Source: Sulfurimonadaceae bacterium (lineage in GTDB: Bacteria; Campylobacterota; Campylobacteria; Campylobacterales; Sulfurimonadaceae). From it: 13,944 nucleotides of DNA. The DNA lies in contig JBFEXS010000058.1 of NCBI GenBank assembly GCA_041562555.1, positions 1 to 13,944 of the forward strand, read 5' to 3'. The notes beneath the pieces are model-generated. The model ran no database searches. It was not told where the DNA came from and was given only the letters and a program-made list of their open reading frames with translations. Each line of letters starts with the position of its first letter. The first letter of the stretch is position 1. A program made the translations under genes and the position numbers. Positions 6,781 through 13,944 of the stretch are shown here, piece after piece.

Positions 6781-6806
6781 TTATCTACTTCCTAATCAGT
6801 AGATAA
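6781..6806. promoter_or_regulatory. Perfect 9-bp inverted repeat (TTATCTACT-N8-AGTAGATAA); possible operator or RNA hairpin abutting the RBS
   Basis: Arms at 6781-6789 and 6798-6806 are exact reverse complements. Confidence 0.55.
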
Positions 6807-6840
6807 CTATATATTAAGCAGCCGTCTGTCTAAAAATTCA

Positions 6841-9369
6841 TTACCCTGTTAAGGATCCCCCTAAGTCCTTGATAGACAACATGTTATCTATCTGTGAAGC
6901 CGGTCTTGGCTCACAGATATAATATCCCTGCGCATAATCAATACCCATCTTTGAGACTTCTTTGAAAACAGCTTCATCCGTCACAAACTCCGCAACACTC
7001 AAGGCCCCCGCCATATGAGCAACCGCATGGATCGTCTTGGTAATATTGCGGCCTTTCTCATCACTGACAAGGTTTTTGACAAACTGCCCGTCAATCTTAA
7101 TATAATCCACCTGCATCAACATCAAATGCGCAAAATTTGAGTTTCCCGCGCCAAAATCATCAATGGCGATCTTAAACCCGATCTTTTTCAACTGCTCAAT
7201 CGTTGAGATTGCATGATATTCATCCTTATACTGACCGGTCTCCAATATCTCAATGATAATCTTTTGGGCATTGATGTGATAACTGTCCAAAAGAGCCCGT
7301 ATATCATTCATCAGGTTTGCTTCTTCAAAATCTTCAAAGGAAGTATTGATAGAAAATTCTACCTCAGGATACCGCTGCGCCTGCTCAAACACTCCCCGTA
7401 ACATCAAGAGTGTAATATCCGTCAGTTTTCCCATCTTCTTCGCTACGTCCAAGAAAAAGTTGGGTGTGATCACCTCTTCTCCCTCAATCATGCGTACCAG
7501 AGATTCAAATTTTCTGACATGTTTTGCCTTGATATCATAGATCGGTTGAAAAAACGGTACCAGTCGATGTTCATTAAGTGCCTCCTGGAACCGTTTTGCA
7601 CGCGCTTGGTTTTTCGAAAACATCTCTTTTTTTGTCTGTTCATCATCAAAACTGACATATTTTCTATGCTCCTGCTTCTTCGCTTCGTCCAGAGCGATAT
7701 CAGCACGGGCGAAGAGTGTCAGTTCGCTTTCTGCGCAAGGAAGTGCTAAAGAGAGGGAATAGTTCAACGCTATTTCAAAGGACTCCAAACGGATATCCGC
7801 CAGGGAAAGTCTGTTATACAGATAGGCCAATTCATCTTGTAAATGTACTTTGGCATCTGACAACAATGCAAATGTGTCATTATAGATGCGATACAACCGC
7901 ATCGCAGAGCGGGGGAACGCCTCCAACATGTTCCTGACCTCTATCAAAACTTCTGATGAGACCTTTGGGCCGTAAATATTTTGGATCAACTTGTAGTTGT
8001 CAACGCTTATCAATATCAGTGTCGATCCCTCTTTGATGTCCCTCTGAAGTTTATTTACATTGGGAAGACCTGTCTGCGTGTCAAAATAGAGGCGTTCCAA
8101 AAGTGTATCATGGGCTTTATGAAGGTTCTGATACAATATGCCAAACTCGGAGATGTCACTCTCTTGTAATTCCAGTTTCTGCTCGTCAAAAAGCTTTTGT
8201 GACACCTCGGCCACCTGTACGACAGGCCCGGATATGAATTTGCTAAGATAGCGTGTACGCCGCTTAAGGTAGAGAAATAGAAGCAGATGGATCAGACCTA
8301 TCACGAGCAAAGAGATCACTCCATATTGGCGTGTTTGTCTATACACCTTGTTTATCTCTTTGTTGATATTGTCTTTTTTTGCGACCAGTATAAGGTTCAA
8401 TCCTGTCTGCTGAAGCATCTTTTGAAACAAGACAAAATTGCTCTTTGTATCCGGATCATAATGAAAAGGGGTCAATGCCGCGGACCTTCCCTGCTTGTGC
8501 AAGTAAGCAAAGGATTCAATACCGAAATCATTGCGAAAAGCCTCCTCATCAGAGGCGAACAGGACGTGCCCTTCTTTCCCCACAAAGATGATGTAGGCAT
8601 CAAAAGGCAGGGAAATATCACTGATCTCTTGCGTGTTGACAACCGTGAGCGTCATCCCCAAGACACCTTTCATCTCATCCGCCACATAGATCGGTGCAAC
8701 TACCGAGCCTATCTGTCCGTGGGCCAATGCCCACGGCTCATGAAAAAGTGGAACAAAACGCGTCATTTTTTGAGGATTGTGCTGTGCATCTGCCTGGTAA
8801 TAATATGACTGCTGCGTTGGGTCCAGATCAGGTGATAGCTCATCCTCCACGACAATACGCGGATAATAGAGTGAGGTGTGTTTTCCCAAGTTGATCCAGG
8901 CCGAATCAAGCATCCCCTTATACTGTTGCATCACTGCATGCAAAGGGGTCTCCGCCATAGATAAGATTTTAAGGTTTTGCCTGTCCTGAGCACGTAAAAC
9001 TTCTCGGTCCGTCGTATAGACTGTCGCATGTTTTTCATGCTCACGTATAAAAAAACCCTCATGATATTTAAAGCTTAATGCAGGGTCTTGATAATACCTG
9101 TGCTGAACAAAAAACTCTTGGACCATATGTTTGAGTGCATTGGCATCTTTTTGCACCTGTTCGATCTTTGCATTCATACGCTCGCTGACTTGGTGGGCCA
9201 CCTCTTCAAAACTTTGTGCAGCTGTCTCTTGCATCAGTTCTTCATTCTTCTCCTCTTGTACAAAACCAAAAATGAAGATCAAAAGGATCAGGAGTAATTC
9301 GATAAAGACAAGGGGTAAAATTGCTGATCTGAAGATCTTGTTTTGCACGAATGTATGTAAGGCCTGCAT
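6841..9369 (-). CDS. Membrane sensor c-di-GMP phosphodiesterase: TM, periplasmic Cache-like domain, TM, degenerate GGDEF, EAL
   Basis: Two TM segments flank a ~310-aa extracytoplasmic region. FDTQTGLPN is present but the GGDEF motif is degenerate (RIYNDTF). EAL motifs FQPI, ESLVR, SINTS, IEILE, DDFGAGNSNF, KIDGQF, AEFV, QGYY. Confidence 0.92.
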   Translation of the reverse strand: MQALHTFVQNKIFRSAILPLVFIELLLILLIFIFGFVQEEKNEELMQETAAQSFEEVAHQVSERMNAKIEQVQKDANALKHMVQEFFVQHRYYQDPALSFKYHEGFFIREHEKHATVYTTDREVLRAQDRQNLKILSMAETPLHAVMQQYKGMLDSAWINLGKHTSLYYPRIVVEDELSPDLDPTQQSYYYQADAQHNPQKMTRFVPLFHEPWALAHGQIGSVVAPIYVADEMKGVLGMTLTVVNTQEISDISLPFDAYIIFVGKEGHVLFASDEEAFRNDFGIESFAYLHKQGRSAALTPFHYDPDTKSNFVLFQKMLQQTGLNLILVAKKDNINKEINKVYRQTRQYGVISLLVIGLIHLLLFLYLKRRTRYLSKFISGPVVQVAEVSQKLFDEQKLELQESDISEFGILYQNLHKAHDTLLERLYFDTQTGLPNVNKLQRDIKEGSTLILISVDNYKLIQNIYGPKVSSEVLIEVRNMLEAFPRSAMRLYRIYNDTFALLSDAKVHLQDELAYLYNRLSLADIRLESFEIALNYSLSLALPCAESELTLFARADIALDEAKKQEHRKYVSFDDEQTKKEMFSKNQARAKRFQEALNEHRLVPFFQPIYDIKAKHVRKFESLVRMIEGEEVITPNFFLDVAKKMGKLTDITLLMLRGVFEQAQRYPEVEFSINTSFEDFEEANLMNDIRALLDSYHINAQKIIIEILETGQYKDEYHAISTIEQLKKIGFKIAIDDFGAGNSNFAHLMLMQVDYIKIDGQFVKNLVSDEKGRNITKTIHAVAHMAGALSVAEFVTDEAVFKEVSKMGIDYAQGYYICEPRPASQIDNMLSIKDLGGSLTG

Positions 9370-9478
9370 ACCCTTCCCTTATAAGTCAATTCTCATATCA
9401 TACTATAAAAAACCATGGGAATATTCTGTATCATTAAATTAACCTTTCAGCCTCATACTTATTTATGTTCATATTCGA

Positions 9479-9484
9479 TAAAAT
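9479..9484 (+). promoter_or_regulatory. Putative -10 box (TAAAAT) of metH
   Basis: gaTAAAAT about 30 bp upstream of the preferred ATG at 9516. Confidence 0.45.
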
Positions 9485-9515
9485 GTCGCACTTAAAAATC
9501 TTAAAAAAGAATGAT

Positions 9516-12500
9516 ATGTCTGTTAAACACTATATTTTAGAAACAATTCAACAACGCCCGCTTATCATTGACGGTGCGATGGGAACACAGCTGCAAGAAA
9601 GAGCTGATCGTATCACTGAAGAACAATGGGAAGGTAATGAGGGGTGTAATGAACTTCTTAATGTCACTGCACCCGAGATTCTCGAGGAGATCTTCTCAGG
9701 CTATTTGACTGCTGGAGCCGACTTTATCACGACCAACACCTTTGGCGCTTTTGACTGGGTCCTTGATGAATACCAGATCGGACACAGAGCCTATGAGCTT
9801 GCCAAAGCCGGGGCAGAGCTTGTCAAAAAACAGTGTGAGAGATTTTCCACGGCAGAACATCCCCGTTTTGTCCTTGGCTCTATTGGTCCGGGAACGAAAC
9901 TGCCTTCTCTTGGACATATCCATTATGATGAGATGCTCAAAGGGTATACCGAGTGTGCTCTGGCGCTTATCGATGGCGGGACAGATGTCTTCTTGCTTGA
10001 AACCTGTCAGGATCCCCTTCAGATCAAGGCGGCTCTACACGCCTGTGAAGCAGCAAACAAAGAGCGCGGAACACAATTGCCTATTATGGTCTCAGTAACA
10101 ATCGAACTTGCAGGAACCATGCTGATCGGAACAGATGCCCAGACCATCGCGACCATCATGGAACCTTTCGATATCATCTCCCTTGGATTTAACTGTGGGA
10201 CCGGGCCGGAACAATACAGCAAACATATCAAAACGCTTTCTGAGGTGTGGGGAAAACCTATCTCCGTACATGCGAATGCGGGGCTTCCGCAAAACCGTGG
10301 CGGGTATACTTACTACCCGATGGGGCCTGATGAGTTTGCCGAAAAACAAGAGGGCTTCCTAGCTTATGAAGGGGTGAGCTTTTTAGGTGGATGTTGTGGT
10401 ACGACCCCGCAACATATCCGTGCGATGGTGAATAAGGTTCAGAATATTACACCCAAGCCGGCTGTCGGATCACAACCTACATCCCTTGCCTCTCTTTTTA
10501 ACACAGTACCACTTATGCAGGATCCTGCACCTCTTTTGATCGGCGAGCGCTCCAATGCAACCGGTTCGAAGGCTTTTAGAGAACTGCTTTTGGCTGAAGA
10601 TTATGAAGGGACTCTCTCTGTCGGCCAGCAACAGGTACGTGCCGGTGCCCATGTCCTTGATGTCTCCGTAGGATTTGCAGGTCGGGATGAGACCAAAGAC
10701 ATGAACTCAGTCATGTCCTTATACGCCCAGAAGATAGCACTTCCCCTCATGCCCGATTCGACACAGACGGCAGCACTGGAAGAGGCCCTTAAACTTATCG
10801 GAGGAAAACCGATCATCAACTCGGTCAACCTCGAAGACGGGATAGAAAAATTTGACCTTGTCTGTGGCCTGGCCAAGAAATATGGAGCATCCCTTGTCTG
10901 TTTGACGATCGATGAAGTCTCTATGGCAAAAACACTGGAACATAAGCTTGAAGTAGCAGAGCGTATTTATGAGCGTGCGACTCAGGTACATGGGATGAAT
11001 CCGGAAGACCTGGTCTTTGATGTCCTTACCTTCACGCTTGGTAGTGGTGATGAAGAGTATAGAGATGCAGGTATCCAGACCATCGATGCTATTCGTGAAC
11101 TTCGCAAACGTCATCCCGAAGTGGGAACGACATTGGGGCTTTCAAACATCTCCTTCGGATTGGACAAGGATGCACGTCCGTATCTTAACTCAATCTTTCT
11201 GGACCACTGTATCAAAGCCGGACTGACCTCTGTTATCATCAATGTCAAACATATCATTCCTCTCAACAAGATCTCTCAGGAAGATCAGGATATCTGTAAT
11301 AACCTTATCTTTGATAAAAAAGAGAAGGGTCAGGCACTTTTTGACTTTATCGAGCACTTCTCATCCAAAGAGGCGGTAGACAACGATGCTGTGGACGAGG
11401 CCTATCTCGCCATGAGTGATGAGGAAAAGATCGCCAAACTTCTGATGGACGGGGACAAGGAGCGTATGATCCCTCTAGTTGAAGAAGCGCGTCACAAAAT
11501 CAGACCCGAGAAGATCGTCAATGAGATTTTGATCGATGCTATGAAAGTCGTCGGTGAGCTCTTCGGCTCAGGACAGATGCAACTGCCTTTTGTATTGCAA
11601 TCCGCAGAGACGATGAAAGCTACAGTGGATCATCTCAATCCGTATCTTCCCAAGACCGAAAAGACCAGCGTCACTACCATAGCTCTGGGAACCGTTAAAG
11701 GGGACGTGCATGATGTGGGTAAAAACCTTGTGGATATCATCTTGACCAACAACGGCTTCAACGTTATCAACCTGGGGATCAAGGTCGAGCTGGACAAGTT
11801 CTTGGATGAACTGAAAAATTCGGACATCTCTGCTATCGGTATGAGCGGTCTATTGGTAAAATCCACACAAGTGATGAAAGAAAACCTGGACACGCTTAAA
11901 GAGGCAGGTATCACCATTCCTATCCTGCTTGGTGGAGCGGCCCTGACACGAAGTTTCATCGATGATTTTTGCCGTCCTGCCTATGACGGGCCGATATTCT
12001 ATTGTAAAGATGCCTTCGACGGGGTCACAGCCATGAGCAGGATCGAAGCGGGTAACTTTGACACCAATCTTCATGGGGATGCGGGTCTGGACCAAGAGAC
12101 ACAGGTGAAAAAAGAGATTATTATTCCTCCCTTTGAAGAACTCACTATGCCTTCAAGAGACGTACGGGTACCTACCCCTCCATTTTGGGGTCGCCGTGTA
12201 ATGGAAGTCGGCAAAGACTTTCCTCTTGAACTGGCCTTTGAGTGGATCAACCACAAGATGCTTTTTAAACAACGCTGGGGATATAATGCCAAGGGGATGA
12301 GTAAAGAAGAGTATGAAAAACAGCTCGAAGAGAAAGTCTGGCCGGCCTATGAACGTATCAAGCAGCAGTTCCTGGATGAAGGGCTATTTGATGCAACCGC
12401 TATCTATGGATACTTTCCAGTGCGTTCTGATGACAATACGCTCCTCGTATTTGACGAGAGCGAGGGTTGGAACAACGAGGCCGATATCAACCGGGAAAAC

Positions 12501-13010
12501 CTGCAAGAGGTAATAGGAAGAGCAAAGCACACCTTCTCTTTTCCTCGTCAAGGTAAAAAACCTCACCGTGCCCTTTCTGACTTCTTTCATAGAGACCGTC
12601 ATGATGTCCTGGCGATGACCTGTGTGTCTGCCGGTTCTAAACTCAGTGCTTATGAAAAAGAGCTTTATGACAGAGGCGAGTATACCGAATACTATATGGT
12701 ACACGGCCTGGGTGTCGAGCTCGCTGAGGCCCTTGCGGAGATCGTACATAAACAAGTCCGCCTTGATCTTAATATCTGTGATGATGAGAAGCCTGTACTT
12801 TCGGATGTTCGTATGAACAAATACCAGGGGGCCCGATACTCTTTTGGTTACCCTGCCTGTCCTGACCTTTAACTCAACAGGCCTCTTTTCGAGCTTCTAA
12901 GACCTGAAGAGTTCGGGATAGAGCTGAGTGAGACCTTCCAGATACATCCCGAACAAAGTACCTCGGCGTTAGTCGTCTACCACCCTAATGCAACGTACTA
13001 CAACGTATAA
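9516..13010 (+). CDS. metH: Cobalamin-dependent methionine synthase MetH; as written, interrupted by an in-frame TAA at 12870-12872, 45 sense codons before the natural stop
   Basis: DGAMGT, Zn ligands NCGTGP and GGCCGTTP, pterin domain IGERSN, B12 motif GDVHDVGKNLV, SGLL, GGAA, activation domain RYSFGYPACPDL. The frame continues LNRPLFELLRPEEFGIELSETFQIHPEQSTSALVVYHPNATYYNV to TAA at 13008-13010. Start 9516 preferred over 9465. Confidence 0.96.
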
Positions 13011-13088
13011 AGAAGCTTTTTAGGGCTTTTGCCCATTGAAGCGCTCGGAAGGCTTGACTTCTCTCAGAAAGAAAACCTTAACAAATAT

Positions 13089-13110
13089 TGTTATAATGGC
13101 GTAAAAGGAA
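13089..13110 (+). promoter_or_regulatory. Extended -10 promoter (TGTTATAAT) and RBS (AAGGAA) of the dsbC-like gene
   Basis: TGnTATAAT at 13089-13097; AAGGAA at 13105-13110; ATG at 13116. Confidence 0.75.
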
Positions 13111-13115
13111 GTACC

Positions 13116-13811
13116 ATGAAAATCTATATCGCTCTACTCAGTCTCGCCCTATCCCTGCTGGCCAAGGACATTGATCCCAAAAGTTTTGCCTCGATAAAAA
13201 TGCTGGCTCAACCCCACATAAAGATCACTAAAGCCTATGATCACGGTGTCATCTATGAACTCTCAATTGAGATATGATCACCACGCGGGACACAGTTTAC
13301 GACTGCTTACGTCACCAAGGACAAAAAAGTGGTCCTTTTAGGTGAAGCCCTTGATGCAACGAGCGGGGAAAATATCAAACGACCGTTGGATATGACGAAT
13401 ATCAGAAACAATGCGGATCTTGTCTACGGAAGCGGGAGCAAAGAGTACATTGTCTTTACCGATCCGGAATGTCCTTATTGTGTCAAGTTTGAGCGCATGT
13501 GGCCTGCTATTGAGACAAAGGTCAAGCTCTATGTCTTTTTCATGCCCCTTTCTAACCACCGAAATGCGACACAGATGTCTTACCATGTCATGAAACAAAA
13601 AGATCAAAAGACCAAGGCTAAAGCGATCTTGGATATGGCAAATGGAGACAGGAGCTTTGAACGACTCAGCATGACCCAACAGATCCATGAGCTCTTTGCC
13701 AAAAAGATTCAGGAAAACCAAGTCCTGGCCAACGAGTTTGGCGCACGGGGGACCCCAGCTGTCTTTGACAATAAAGGAAACCCTGTCAGCTGGCCGGATT
13801 TAGGCAAATAG
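13116..13811 (+). pseudogene. DsbC/DsbG-like periplasmic thiol-disulfide isomerase (231 codons) split by an in-frame TGA at 13275-13277 (true nonsense allele, sequencing error or recoding)
   Basis: ORF-track pieces 13029..13277 and 13329..13811 are in the same frame. The joined product has a signal peptide, a DsbC-like N-domain (AYVTKDKKVVLLGEALD), VFTDPECPYC and the cis-Pro loop GTP. Confidence 0.85.
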
Positions 13812-13819
13812 GTCTTCTT

Positions 13820-13944
13820 ATGATGGGTTATCAGGAGTGGTTTGAATTCCACTCGAACAAACACCAGAAAGTGCTAAAAAAGCTTCTTGACAGAAATATG
13901 GACCAAGAAGAGATCATTCGCTATTTCCGCTTTGAGAACATGGT
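13820..13944 (+). CDS. Hypothetical protein, N-terminal fragment running off the right edge
   Basis: Open frame MMGYQEWFEFHSNKHQKVLKKLLDRNMDQEEIIRYFRFENM starts 8 nt after the dsbC-like stop and has no stop before the window edge. Confidence 0.7.
   Translation, partial: MMGYQEWFEFHSNKHQKVLKKLLDRNMDQEEIIRYFRFENM

Noticed and set aside
9370..9515. Cobalamin or SAM riboswitch before metH, and the ATG at 9465 as start
   Set aside because: The spacer is short, AT-rich and shared with a divergent gene, with no riboswitch consensus visible. A likely -10 at 9479-9484 lies downstream of 9465.
13029..13115. ORF-track TTG start giving an N-terminal extension of the dsbC-like gene
   Set aside because: The segment contains the promoter (TGTTATAAT) and RBS; the signal peptide begins at ATG 13116.
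12870..13277. Genome-wide stop-codon reassignment as the explanation of the in-frame TAA and TGA
   Set aside because: TAA, TAG and TGA all end other genes here at natural C-termini (for example TAA at 2208-2210, TAG at 5440-5442, TGA at 2362-2360), and Trp is encoded by TGG.
1..13944. CRISPR array, tRNA/rRNA, transposase, integrase or prophage genes
   Set aside because: No regularly spaced repeats, RNA-gene signatures or mobile-element protein motifs were seen.

Overview
Bacterial chromosomal window. Gene content, the AAGGA-type ribosome binding sites (RBS) and the -10-dominated AT-rich promoters suggest Campylobacterota (Sulfurovum/Sulfurimonas-like); this is an inference. Left to right: 5' end of a DsbA/FrnE-like CxxC protein (-), msrA (-), a CNNM/CorB-type (DUF21+CBS) Mg2+ transporter (+), a REC-HD-GYP response regulator (-), a membrane GGDEF-EAL protein (+), a DUF302 protein (-), a UDG-superfamily glycosylase (-), a sensor/degenerate-GGDEF/EAL protein (-), metH (+), a DsbC/DsbG-like oxidoreductase (+) and the start of a hypothetical protein (+). 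Reading beyond the ORF track gives the most interesting signals. (1) The CNNM gene is bracketed by a 14-codon 'MDPS...' upstream ORF coupled by a TAATG overlap (reminiscent of MgtL-type Mg2+ leader peptides) and a downstream 37-aa single-TM ORF whose Shine-Dalgarno (SD) lies inside a 15-bp hairpin. (2) metH and the adjacent dsbC-like gene each carry one in-frame stop (TAA, TGA), 405 bp apart, with the frame continuing afterwards. (3) There is an unannotated 48-aa lipoprotein. (4) A strongly initiated 30-codon ORF overlaps the UDG start out of frame. (5) Several intergenic regions hold long-range inverted repeats. No rRNA, tRNA, CRISPR array or transposase was seen.
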